NCBI GenBank assembly: GCA_963668625.2
Contig: CAXXKA010000010.1
Location: 352,001-416,000, forward strand
Source: an uncultured candidate division Zixibacteria bacterium
GTDB taxonomy: Bacteria > Zixibacteria > MSB-5A5 > UBA10806 > 4484-95
Direction of reading: 5' to 3'
Length of the DNA: 64,000 nucleotides
Both the position numbers and the translations under genes were made by a program. The notes beneath the pieces are model-generated. The model had not been told where the DNA came from. It was given only the letters and a program-made list of their open reading frames with translations, and ran no database searches. This document shows positions 9,781 to 19,534 of the stretch, piece after piece (position 1 is the stretch's first letter; each line of letters opens with the position of its first letter).

Positions 9781-10606
9781 ATAGCACGTCTCTGAATGAG
9801 GTAAACTCGTATTTACTGATTATCTTTTCCAGCTTGGAATAGGTTTTATCGAGATTTATATAATGCCGAAATGTGTTGCCTAACCCCGCGCCACTCAAAC
9901 GCGGCTGCTTCGGATCGAACTCCCAGGGGTGGAGATACACTATAACGGGTCGTTTCTCGGCCATTGCCTTTTTAATATTCATATCGATCAGGAAATCCGG
10001 AAACAGCCTGAAATAACCGCCGCCCGCCGCGGGGATTCGTTTACCGAAATACTCGACGACTGTCATGGGAAATTCTTTTAACAACACCTCACCGTTGGCT
10101 TTAATCTCGAATGGAGCGAGTGGCGCCGATTGTGAATCGGCATAACGGAAATGTTTCATCGGAAACAGCGAGGAATCGTATTTGAACCCCAACCCGGAAA
10201 GAATTTTGAACTTGTCGATATCACCGACTCCCAGGGAGAAACTGGGCGCGCGATGGCCGATGATTTTCTGCCCTGATAATGATTCCAATAGCTCGCTGGT
10301 TTCGGCCAGTTCCTCTCGAAGCTGCTCATCGGGCATATCGTATATCAGTTTATGATCGAAACCGTGACTGGCGATCTCATGTCCGTTTTCGGCTATCAGC
10401 TCGACAAGTTTCGGATGACGTTTCGCGATCCAGCCGAGTATAAAAAAAGTAGCTTTGATATCGTAGCGTCCCAAAAGCTCGAGTATACTCCCGGTGCTTT
10501 CAACCACGCGAGAATCATGCTTGTCCCAGTTCTCCCGTTTAACGGCATCCGCCATACCGGATACCTGGAAATGCTCTTCGATATCAAAGCTAAGTATGTT
10601 TTTCAT
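9779..10606 (-). CDS. Polysaccharide deacetylase (DUF3473 / PEP-CTERM-system type)
   Basis: SFDIEEHF, ATFFILG, GHEIASHGFDH, RAPSFS, GGGYFRL and YLHPWEFDP motifs. Confidence 0.92.
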   Translation of the reverse strand: MKNILSFDIEEHFQVSGMADAVKRENWDKHDSRVVESTGSILELLGRYDIKATFFILGWIAKRHPKLVELIAENGHEIASHGFDHKLIYDMPDEQLREELAETSELLESLSGQKIIGHRAPSFSLGVGDIDKFKILSGLGFKYDSSLFPMKHFRYADSQSAPLAPFEIKANGEVLLKEFPMTVVEYFGKRIPAAGGGYFRLFPDFLIDMNIKKAMAEKRPVIVYLHPWEFDPKQPRLSGAGLGNTFRHYINLDKTYSKLEKIISKYEFTSFRDVL

Positions 10607-10634
10607 GATACTAATTATCTGTCGCCATATCAGC

Positions 10635-11960
10635 TTACAGCTTTGGCAAATAGTTTTCTATCTCGTAATCCATTACCGCCATACGATAACGATCCCATTC
10701 CACTTTTTTGTTCTCGATCAGTTTGTAGTAAAGATGATCGCCGAGCACCTTGCGCATGAAATCCGATTGCTCGAACTCCCTGACGGCGTTTTCCAATGAA
10801 TTCGGCAGAATATCGAGATTCAAACTTTCGCGCTTGGCGTCATCCATATGGAAAATATTCTCCTCGATGGCGTCTGTCAAAGATAAATTATTCTTCACGC
10901 CGTCATAACCCGAGGCCAGCATCGTAGCGAACGCCAGGTAAGGGTTGCAGGCCGGATCCGGGCTTCTCAGCTCGACCCTGGTGGCTTCCTCGCGGCCCAC
11001 TCGATACATCGGGATACGAATAAGTGATGAGCGGTTTCGTCGTCCCCAGGAGATATATGCAGGAGCCTCGTAACCCGGTACCAGACGTTTGTACGAGTTG
11101 ACCCACTGGTTGGTGATAAGGGTGAACGATTTGATATGCTTCATCAAACCCGCCACGTAACTGCGCGCGGTTTTCGATAAGTTATACTCCGCATTTTTAT
11201 CGAAGAAAGTGTTATGATTATCTTTGAACAACGATTGATGCGTATGCATACCGGAGCCGTTTTCACCGAATATCGGCTTGGGCATGAACGTAGCGTAGTA
11301 TCCCTCGCTGGCGGCTATTTCCTTTACGATCAGTCGGTAAATCATCGCTGAATCGGCCATTCTGAGAGCTTTGTTATATTTCAAGTCTATCTCATGCTGG
11401 CTTGGGGCTACCTCGTGATGAGAACATTCTACCGGTATACCCACCGATTCCAACGCCTTGATCGTTTTCTTGCGAATTTTCGTCGGCGTGTCTATTGCCG
11501 TGTAGTCGAAATAGCCTGCCTTATCCAATACCTCAGGCGAGTTGGAATCTTTAAAATAGAAATACTCTATTTCCGGTCCCATATATGCGGTGTAACCATC
11601 TTTGGCCAATTCCCCGGTTACTCGTTTTAAAATATAACGGGAATCACCCTCGTAGGGTTGGCCGTCCGGAGTCTGGATATCGGCAAATAGGAAAGCAATG
11701 CGCTCGTCATTGATCGACCAGGGAATGATCGTGAACGTATCCAGGTCGGGTATTGCCATCAAATCCGATTCCTCGATCCTGACGAAGCCCTCGATCGAGG
11801 ACCCGTCAAAACCCTGCCCGTGTTCCAAAACAGCTTCGATTTCCGAGCGGGTTATACTCATCCCTTTCAAGTATCCGAGAATATCGGTGAACCACAAGCG
11901 AATGTATTTGATCTGGTTTTCGTCGATGATTTTTATAATATCGTCTTTGGTGTAAGGCAT
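10635..11960 (-). CDS. glnA: Glutamine synthetase type I
   Basis: FDGSSIEGF, HHEVAPSQHE, FMPKP, NGSGMH, KRLVPGYEAP, ELRSPDPACNPY. Confidence 0.97.
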   Translation of the reverse strand: MPYTKDDIIKIIDENQIKYIRLWFTDILGYLKGMSITRSEIEAVLEHGQGFDGSSIEGFVRIEESDLMAIPDLDTFTIIPWSINDERIAFLFADIQTPDGQPYEGDSRYILKRVTGELAKDGYTAYMGPEIEYFYFKDSNSPEVLDKAGYFDYTAIDTPTKIRKKTIKALESVGIPVECSHHEVAPSQHEIDLKYNKALRMADSAMIYRLIVKEIAASEGYYATFMPKPIFGENGSGMHTHQSLFKDNHNTFFDKNAEYNLSKTARSYVAGLMKHIKSFTLITNQWVNSYKRLVPGYEAPAYISWGRRNRSSLIRIPMYRVGREEATRVELRSPDPACNPYLAFATMLASGYDGVKNNLSLTDAIEENIFHMDDAKRESLNLDILPNSLENAVREFEQSDFMRKVLGDHLYYKLIENKKVEWDRYRMAVMDYEIENYLPKL

Positions 11961-12047
11961 TTATTTCCTCCTGAAAGTTGTATCGTTTTTATATGTATCG
12001 GAATTATGTGAAACTAACTTGCTGAAAAAATAAATTTTAATGGATTT

Positions 12048-13022
12048 CTAATCAGAAATACGCGGGAATTTTTTATGCCAGGCAATCGTGTTTTTAAGCC
12101 CCTGTTGAAGATTCGTTCGGGATTCAAATTGCAACAGTCTTTTAGCCCTGTCCAAATCAGGAACCCTGTTTCTGACATCCTCGTATTTACCGCCGAAATT
12201 TTCATAAGGTATATATCGTATTTCGGATGATGAACCGGTTATGGCGATTACTTTCTCTGCCAGTTCACTGATATTTATCTCATCATCCGAACCTATATTT
12301 ACGATCTCTCCGATAGTTTTATCAGTTTCGGCCGCTTTCATTATGCCGCGTACGGTATCATCGACGTAACAAAAACTCCGCGTCTGTAAACCATCACCAT
12401 GAACGGTGAGGGATTTATTTTGCAGGGCCTGTTCGATAAACACCGCTTGCGGCCCGCCCCACCAGGTTCTATGGTTTCTCGGTCCATAACTTCCAAAGAA
12501 CCTCATAACCACCACCGGAAGTTCCTTTTCGGCGTAATAAGCCATGGCTAATTGTTCATCGAAAGCTTTAGAGATAGCGTAAGCCCAACGCCTGACATAC
12601 GGTGATCCGATAACCAGGTCATCGGTTTCTTTAAAGGGAGGATTGGGATTTTTCCCATAGACATCGGATGTGGAGGCCAATAAAGTTTTTACCTTATATG
12701 TGGATGCCGATTCGAATACCGCTTTCGTGCCCTCGTTATTAATATCGAGAGTTTGCAAAGCGCCACCGTACCGGGGGATTTTGAACGCCGCCAAGTGAAA
12801 TACTGCATCCGCGCCCTTAAAGCAATCATCCAGAACCTTACGGTTTCGAACGTCCGCTTTGACGAATTCGAATCGATCGCTGTTCGATATCGGTTCTAGA
12901 TTTATCAAATCGCCGAATGAGAGATCGTCTATTGCGATCACGCTCCAACCGGAGTCGATCAACTTTATAGATAAATTCGAGCCGATAAAACCGGCGCCGC
13001 CTGTAATTACTGCTTTAGGCAT
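12048..13022 (-). CDS. NAD-dependent epimerase/dehydratase
   Basis: TGGAGFIG, ASTSDVYG, YAISK (YxxxK), GDGLQTRSF. Confidence 0.93.
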   Translation of the reverse strand: MPKAVITGGAGFIGSNLSIKLIDSGWSVIAIDDLSFGDLINLEPISNSDRFEFVKADVRNRKVLDDCFKGADAVFHLAAFKIPRYGGALQTLDINNEGTKAVFESASTYKVKTLLASTSDVYGKNPNPPFKETDDLVIGSPYVRRWAYAISKAFDEQLAMAYYAEKELPVVVMRFFGSYGPRNHRTWWGGPQAVFIEQALQNKSLTVHGDGLQTRSFCYVDDTVRGIMKAAETDKTIGEIVNIGSDDEINISELAEKVIAITGSSSEIRYIPYENFGGKYEDVRNRVPDLDRAKRLLQFESRTNLQQGLKNTIAWHKKFPRISD

Positions 13023-13025
13023 TTT

Positions 13026-14183
13026 CTATGTAATGGATGTGGTTTTAATTTTACGTGTCGACGGATCATCGAACGGCAACGATTTGGAGATTATCTCTAC
13101 GATTCGTCCTGCCGTGTGACCATCCCAATACTTGGGTACGCCGCCGGGTTTGTTTTTGCTATCGAGAATCAATTCCGCTGAGGCGACTATTTTCTCGGGG
13201 AACGAGCCGACTATCGTATTGGTGCCCTCTTTAACCGTGGCGATCCATTCGGTATTTTGACGAATGGTCAGGCAGGGAATGCCCAGCGCGCTGGATTCTA
13301 CCTGCATAGTGCCCGAATCGGTCATCATGAAAAGCGCGTCACGTTCCAACGCCAGTATGTCCGGATATTTGGATTCGACATACATGATGAGGCGTTTGTC
13401 ATCGAAATAATGAGTCAGGCCGAATTCGGAGATATCGTTTTTTACTCGTTTATGGCAAGCGAACACCACCGGTATCTTACTGGATATGGCTTTGGCCGCC
13501 GAAAGAATACCGTTTAACGGTTCGTAGGAGTTCGTGTTAGCTTTGCGGTGAAGAGATAACACGGCGTACATTTTCGGGATCAAACCGTATTTATCCTGTA
13601 TCCTCGATTCTCTGGCGAATGGCAGATATTTTTTCAATGTGTCCACCATAAGGTTGCCGACGAAAAATATATGATCCTCGGGGATACCCTCCTCCAGCAT
13701 ATTGCCATGCGAAATACCGTCGGTAACAAAGTGAAGTTCGGTGATACTGTCAATCAGCTTGCGATTGACATCCGTAGCCGAGGTCAAGCCGGGGCATCTG
13801 AGGCCGGATTCGATATGGGCGATTTTTATCGCTTTTCGGGCCGCTGTAATCGAGGCTCCCAAACATGAGGCGGATCCACCGATGACAACCACCAGGTCGG
13901 GGGATATCTCTTTGAATAGCCTCTCGGTTTCAGTCATCACATTAGCCGTAGCCTCCGCCTGCGGTCCCGGTGGAATATTCAGAAACAAGTTTGGTGGCGG
14001 CAATTGGAGATGCTCGAACAGGTATGAAGATTCGGTTTTACTGAGTGGCTTGCCCGTATATACCACAATGGGCTCAAGTGTATCATAATAACGAGAAAAT
14101 TTTTCCAATACGGGTGAAACTTTAATCAAATTTTTCACCGAGTTGATTATAAACAGCACTTTTTTCAATTTGCCGGAATACAA
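13026..14183 (-). CDS. WecB-like UDP-GlcNAc 2-epimerase homologue with divergent active-site motifs
   Basis: AHIESGLR, FVGNLMVD, TDSG, PCLTIRQNTE and WDGHTAGRIV match the family; several canonical residues are changed. Confidence 0.8.
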   Translation of the reverse strand: MYSGKLKKVLFIINSVKNLIKVSPVLEKFSRYYDTLEPIVVYTGKPLSKTESSYLFEHLQLPPPNLFLNIPPGPQAEATANVMTETERLFKEISPDLVVVIGGSASCLGASITAARKAIKIAHIESGLRCPGLTSATDVNRKLIDSITELHFVTDGISHGNMLEEGIPEDHIFFVGNLMVDTLKKYLPFARESRIQDKYGLIPKMYAVLSLHRKANTNSYEPLNGILSAAKAISSKIPVVFACHKRVKNDISEFGLTHYFDDKRLIMYVESKYPDILALERDALFMMTDSGTMQVESSALGIPCLTIRQNTEWIATVKEGTNTIVGSFPEKIVASAELILDSKNKPGGVPKYWDGHTAGRIVEIISKSLPFDDPSTRKIKTTSIT

Positions 14184-14276
14184 TACACATTCTCCTTTTT
14201 TGTATTGTTGTCGGTCGAATCGTAAGCTATTATAGCATTATTTTCAGGGTATAGTAAAGGAAAAAGGAAATTATAG

Positions 14277-15140
14277 TCATTCGGTTTCATCAATTTCTAA
14301 AATCCGAGTTATTTTCGCGAAATCGAACTCCAATAATAACCGGGTCAGCTTGAATTCCGCCAAACTCAGATTCCCGTAGCTTTTCAAACTTTGAAGCGGA
14401 CTTAGCACCTGCTGGGGCAGATGCGGGTCGAATTCCCAGAGCGGGAAATTGATTATCGCGGGCATATTCTTAAAAGTATGTCTCCTGAGACACCGTCTAA
14501 GAAACCAGAACGGATAAAGCCTGATTTTGCCTGTTTTACCGAATCTCGTTTCCACCCCGAATATTTTATACAAACTTGGCGGGAAAACATCGATTTTAGA
14601 GCCGTTTTCATAGGTAATCGATATAGGTAAGGTAGTTTGGCCTCTAAGTGACATTTTGAAATCGACCAGGCAATATGAAAAACCGTAATTGGCAACCGCT
14701 TTGATATATTGCCGGCCTTTCTCCGGACTGGATTTTAGCAATATCCCGTGTGCCGTCTGGTCGGTTATTTTCTCCAGTTCCGCTTTAGAGGATTCGACTG
14801 AATCGAAACACTCGGGAACATCGACATCACAACAAATACCGATTTCATGTCCCCGCGAGGAGACAAGCGACACCACCTCAGGAAATGCTTTCATTATATC
14901 CGCGGTGATATAAAAATTGCCTTCAGCACGATGTTTATCTATATGGTCAAGTAAATGAAGAATATTCGGGATTACTCTCGAGCGGGTTTTACCGGAAACA
15001 GCTCCTTTGGGCAGGAAATCGTTTATCTCAATTACGAGGATATGGCCTAGGAATGGCTTAACTTGTTCGGATTTTTCTAATTTTGTGGCTTGCATTCTCA
15101 TCTTTCCGGGATTACGTGTCACATCAGTCATTAATATCAT
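14277..15140 (-). CDS. Degenerate DUF3473 deacetylase paralogue
   Basis: GHEIG, RLYP and PLWEFDP resemble 9779-10606, but the metal-binding and catalytic residues are missing. Confidence 0.65.
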   Translation of the reverse strand: MILMTDVTRNPGKMRMQATKLEKSEQVKPFLGHILVIEINDFLPKGAVSGKTRSRVIPNILHLLDHIDKHRAEGNFYITADIMKAFPEVVSLVSSRGHEIGICCDVDVPECFDSVESSKAELEKITDQTAHGILLKSSPEKGRQYIKAVANYGFSYCLVDFKMSLRGQTTLPISITYENGSKIDVFPPSLYKIFGVETRFGKTGKIRLYPFWFLRRCLRRHTFKNMPAIINFPLWEFDPHLPQQVLSPLQSLKSYGNLSLAEFKLTRLLLEFDFAKITRILEIDETE

Positions 15141-15357
15141 CGGATGGACAATGTTAACAGCTTAGAAAATAAAATGCAAGTTACGTATGGAAAATAGTTA
15201 TCTATATAAACATGTATTGCAATAATAGGCTGTTTTGCGCCACGGATTTCATATTATATATTGATGATAGCTATTATTAAGGATTTAAAGGTTAATATTG
15301 ATGATAGTTTATCTTTTTAATATTTACTCTATATGTCGATAGTGTTATTATAAAGTT

Positions 15358-16263
15358 ATGGGTAGAATACCGAAAAAATTAATGATTATCGTAAATCCCT
15401 CCAGCGGCGGGGGAAAATCCCTCGATATGCTTCCTGATATCGAGAGGATTGTCGGTGAACTGGGCGGAAGGGCTGATATCAGGCTTTCCAAAAGCGCTCA
15501 GGATGCCACCAATCTCGCCAAATCGGCGGTTAAGTGCTTCTACGAAAGGGTCATAGCTGTCGGTGGCGATGGCACGATCAACCTGGTTGCCTCAGGATTA
15601 GTCGGCTCTAAAACGTCGCTGGGAATCATCCCGGCCGGTACCGGCAACGATTTCGCCCGGGTGCTGGACATTAACGGCGATCTCGACAATATATGTAAAA
15701 TAGCCTTGAAGAATGATCCAATCGATACGGATATCGGTAGGATTAACGATCAGGTATTTTTCAATATGGTGGGTATCGGGTTTGATGCTTTAATCGCGCA
15801 ATCGATTAATTTGCAGGAAAACAGGTTTGGCCTGGCCTCGTACCTGATAGCGATTTACAAGAATTTGAAAGAGTATTCCAGCAATGAGATCAAGATTCGC
15901 GTGGATAGCTATGAAAGTGAAGAGGAGGCGTTGATGCTGGCCATAGGCATTGGTAGAAGTACCGGCAGCGGGTTCAGGCTGACGCCCTCGGCTAAAATCG
16001 ATGATGGCAAATTCGATATATGCCTGGTTAAGCATGTTAAACCTCTGCGCATGATATCGTTATTACCAAGCGTGCGTAAGGGGAATCATGTCAGGATACC
16101 CGAGGTCAAGATGTATCGATGCCGTCAGTTGGAGATATTTTCATCGAAACCGCTTCCAATCCAGTACGAGGGCGAGACAACATACAGTACTAATGGAAAA
16201 ATTTCAGTAAAGATGTGCCGTTCCAAACTTCATGTTGCCGCAGGAGTACAAGTAAATAGATGA
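15358..16263 (+). CDS. Diacylglycerol kinase family (YegS/DAGK) lipid kinase
   Basis: NPSSG, GGDGT, PAGTGNDF, DDGKFD. Confidence 0.93.
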   Translation: MGRIPKKLMIIVNPSSGGGKSLDMLPDIERIVGELGGRADIRLSKSAQDATNLAKSAVKCFYERVIAVGGDGTINLVASGLVGSKTSLGIIPAGTGNDFARVLDINGDLDNICKIALKNDPIDTDIGRINDQVFFNMVGIGFDALIAQSINLQENRFGLASYLIAIYKNLKEYSSNEIKIRVDSYESEEEALMLAIGIGRSTGSGFRLTPSAKIDDGKFDICLVKHVKPLRMISLLPSVRKGNHVRIPEVKMYRCRQLEIFSSKPLPIQYEGETTYSTNGKISVKMCRSKLHVAAGVQVNR

Positions 16264-16910
16264 GGACCTTAGTACTGTTTTTAATAGCGTTCGCGCTGAT
16301 GATTTCGTTCACCGAATCTAAAGCGTCCGGTTATAGTTTTGCCCGGCGCGATTTTATCTCGGCTATGGCTGATTCGGCCGAGGATATAATCCCCGAGCCG
16401 GAGGATAGCAACTGTTGCGATAAAATATCGAAGATCGAAGCTAAAACCATAATCCCCGGCGCCAGGGTTGATAGTCTGAAACTAGCCCTTCCCGATGGCG
16501 ACAAGCAATGGAATCCGAATCCGACCACATCTTTGTTCCTTTCAATGTTCATTCCCGGCGGCGGTCAGTTTTACAATCGGAGCTATATTAAATCGGTTGT
16601 ATATGGTAGCACGGAAATTTACCTGGTAAAATATATTGCCTGGCGCTGGAAATGGATGAACCGTCATAAAAGTAATTTCCAGAACACCGATGACGAGACG
16701 TATAAAGCGGAGCAATTCGCTCTGTATGAAAAAACACGCGATAGCAGGAATCTTCACCTGTGGCTTATCAGCCTGACAACTCTCTTTACCATGTTTGATG
16801 CTTACGTGGATGCTCATCTTTCCGATTTCGACCAGACCGATAAGGCTTTCGAGGTGTATCTTACACCCGAGGATGAGGCGATACTGTTAAACCTGGTTTA
16901 TAATTTCTGA
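16260..16910 (+). CDS. DUF5683-like membrane protein
   Basis: P..SLFLSMFIPGGGQFYN and DAYVDAHL motifs; signal peptide. Confidence 0.75.
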   Translation: MRTLVLFLIAFALMISFTESKASGYSFARRDFISAMADSAEDIIPEPEDSNCCDKISKIEAKTIIPGARVDSLKLALPDGDKQWNPNPTTSLFLSMFIPGGGQFYNRSYIKSVVYGSTEIYLVKYIAWRWKWMNRHKSNFQNTDDETYKAEQFALYEKTRDSRNLHLWLISLTTLFTMFDAYVDAHLSDFDQTDKAFEVYLTPEDEAILLNLVYNF

Positions 16911-17482
16911 TGATTACCGGTATCTCAGGTTCGGCGACACCCAACAGCTCAACCGATATACTTATCGGAAAAGCCTTGAGCGGCGCAAAGATGAACCGTC
17001 ACAAAACGAAATTTTATCGCTTAAACGAGATGAATATGATTCCCTGTCAGGCCTGCGGGAAATCACCCGAGCCCGAGTATTGTTTTTTTCATGATGATGC
17101 TTATATACTATTCGAGAAGATCGAGCAAAGCGACGCGGTAATTTTGGGCTCGCCGGTTTATTTCGATTCTGTTTCGGCGCAGACCAAGATATTCATCGAT
17201 AGAAGCAACTGCCTTCGCCCGGCGGATTTTTCCGACATGAACGTGCAGAATTTTCGGAAACCACGATTCATCGGAAAGAGCGGCGGAATAATTCTGGTGG
17301 CCGGTGACTATGGCAAGTTCGAGGCCTCATTGCGAGTGATGCGGGCGTATTTTATCTGGGCCGGTATTGAAATAAAGTTCGAGTTGCTATATACCACTAA
17401 GTCTCTTCAATACGGCGAAGCGGCTCAGGATGAACATATCTTAAACGAGGCTTTCGAGTGCGGCCAAAAACTTATGAATTGA
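16910..17482 (+). CDS. Iron-sulfur flavoprotein / flavodoxin family protein
   Basis: PCQACG..C, LGSPVYF, KIFIDR. Confidence 0.88.
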   Translation: MITGISGSATPNSSTDILIGKALSGAKMNRHKTKFYRLNEMNMIPCQACGKSPEPEYCFFHDDAYILFEKIEQSDAVILGSPVYFDSVSAQTKIFIDRSNCLRPADFSDMNVQNFRKPRFIGKSGGIILVAGDYGKFEASLRVMRAYFIWAGIEIKFELLYTTKSLQYGEAAQDEHILNEAFECGQKLMN

Positions 17483-17489
17483 GGAATGT

Positions 17490-17675
17490 ATGGCGGAGAA
17501 ACTTTACAGATCGTTAGATAACAGAAAGCTGGCCGGGGTGTGCGGTGGGCTGGGTGAATACTTCAGTATAGATCCGGTGATTATCAGGCTGGCCTGGATA
17601 GCATTTATTTTAGTCGGCGGCGCCGGAATCCTGGCTTATATCATTGCCTGGATCGTGATTCCCGATAAGGCTTAG
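17490..17675 (+). CDS. PspC domain protein
   Basis: KLYRS...LAGVCGGLGEYF.IDP. Confidence 0.93.
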   Translation: MAEKLYRSLDNRKLAGVCGGLGEYFSIDPVIIRLAWIAFILVGGAGILAYIIAWIVIPDKA

Positions 17676-17676
17676 C

Positions 17677-17976
17677 CTAACCGGGAATATGGATTTTACC
17701 GCTAATAATCGTTTCACAATCCGAGGGCAAATGCAATGGTTGCTTGGCTTTGGTATAAAACGCCAGCCCTTTGTAACTAATCAGATATTTATACGATGGC
17801 GAGAAAAACGCGGGACCAGATACCACCACCAATGGCTTTTCACATTTATACAATATTTTCATGAACTCATCGCTTTCGACCCGGACTAAAACTCCAGAGG
17901 CTTTAATCGCATTAGCGATTGCCGCTTGAGCCGCCGCCGCTCCCGATGCGCCGCCTACCGCTCCACTATTAGACAT
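17677..17976 (-). CDS. Hypothetical protein
   Basis: AGGAGG RBS; Ala-rich N-terminus; YKGLAFY motif. Confidence 0.75.
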   Translation of the reverse strand: MSNSGAVGGASGAAAAQAAIANAIKASGVLVRVESDEFMKILYKCEKPLVVVSGPAFFSPSYKYLISYKGLAFYTKAKQPLHLPSDCETIISGKIHIPG

Positions 17977-18181
17977 AACATTCCTCCTAATATAGTGTTT
18001 TACTATATATAACCTTTATTACAGGGATTATTCAAGCGGTTCTGTTCGGTAATCATCGGGAATAATATGAACGCGACCGGGTATGCCGATTGTCTCGGGT
18101 GTGATATTTTCTGATAGCGTCGCTTTCACTTCCTCGCAATGACGAGAATACTAAGTTATTGATAGAATTCTAAATATAGCG

Positions 18182-19285
18182 TTAATCCGAGGATCGTTTC
18201 TCCTCGATCTGCCGGGCGACTTTATCTTTGATTTTCTCTTTATAATCTTCGGCCCGATCGTATTTCTTTTTCAGCCTGTTTGAGATATCTTTCTCTACGG
18301 TTTGGTCGAGTAGAGCGTTGAAATGCTTTAAAGCATCAATGTACTCACCCCGCCAATAGTAGGCTATACCGAGGTAATAATTGCATAACCCTATATTGTA
18401 GTAGTTTTGGTTTCCCTTTCGTTCCAAACCTTTCTTGATTGACTTGAAGGAGGCGATTACTCCCTCCGAGTGGCCAATTTTAAAAGCGGCCATGCCTTTG
18501 GGCCATAACACCTGCCGTCCCCGATAGCCTTTGCTCATCAAGTTGTTCAAGATATCGAGAGATTTCTTATAATCCTTCTTATCGAGATATATCATGGCCA
18601 GGCTGGTTGCCGCCGGTAGGGAGGAGTACCTCGAGCTATCACGAGCCAGTTGTACTTGATATATACCCTCTTCGCGCTTATCTGATATGAATGGCAGGCT
18701 CCTTATCAGTCCCATCTTGGCCGATCGCCAATAATTGAGGTTGCCCAGCCCGAGATAGGCCTCGTAGAAAGTAGAATCGAGTTCGATGGCTTTCGAATAC
18801 TGTTTGCCCGCTTCCAGGCCTTTGATTACCGCTTTCAGCCAGCTTCCGTTCTGTCCCTCGTATAGCGCCCGGTATCCCATCGTAACGCCTTTAAAATAGT
18901 ACGCCCATTTATCTTCAGGATTTTCAGCAATGTAATTATCGAGGCCATACCCGGCGGTATCGATCAGGCTATAGAAACGATCAAGTTGCCTATCGTTCTC
19001 GTCATCGCTTAACTCACCATATAATACTCCGACTTTAAACACATACGCCGGCCAATAATCAGGTGTTATGATGAGGATCGAATCCAGTGCGGTTTGGGCA
19101 GCCGTAAAACTGTCACGATAAGTATACTCGATCGTCTTCATGAGCAGCCTGTCCTGATATTCGTTCGGCTGCAAACACATGGCCCGTGTCGACCCTGCTT
19201 TGCCGACGGAGATAAGCATCAACTGAAACAAAACCATCAAGATGCTAACGATTATGACATGTCCGCGAATTTTCATTGCTATCAC
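18182..19285 (-). CDS. Exported TPR-repeat protein
   Basis: Signal peptide; helical TPR-like repeats (AIELDSTFYEAYLGLG). Confidence 0.8.
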   Translation of the reverse strand: MIAMKIRGHVIIVSILMVLFQLMLISVGKAGSTRAMCLQPNEYQDRLLMKTIEYTYRDSFTAAQTALDSILIITPDYWPAYVFKVGVLYGELSDDENDRQLDRFYSLIDTAGYGLDNYIAENPEDKWAYYFKGVTMGYRALYEGQNGSWLKAVIKGLEAGKQYSKAIELDSTFYEAYLGLGNLNYWRSAKMGLIRSLPFISDKREEGIYQVQLARDSSRYSSLPAATSLAMIYLDKKDYKKSLDILNNLMSKGYRGRQVLWPKGMAAFKIGHSEGVIASFKSIKKGLERKGNQNYYNIGLCNYYLGIAYYWRGEYIDALKHFNALLDQTVEKDISNRLKKKYDRAEDYKEKIKDKVARQIEEKRSSD

Positions 19286-19534
19286 CTACAATAAGCTAAC
19301 TGTGCAAATATTGAGCAAGTTAATGTTATATTGGTCGGAATCAAAATAAATTGAATTAGGTTTTATCGTTATTTAGCGAAATTTATGCCTTAAAACACTG
19401 GGTTATTTACTTTTATTCCAATTTGATCAAAAACAAGCTCTCTTTTTTTGTTTCAAAATTAAATATCGTGGCAGATTTGACGAAATATAAAACAGTAGGC
19501 AGTACATCTGGAAAATACTAACTTCGGAGGTAAT

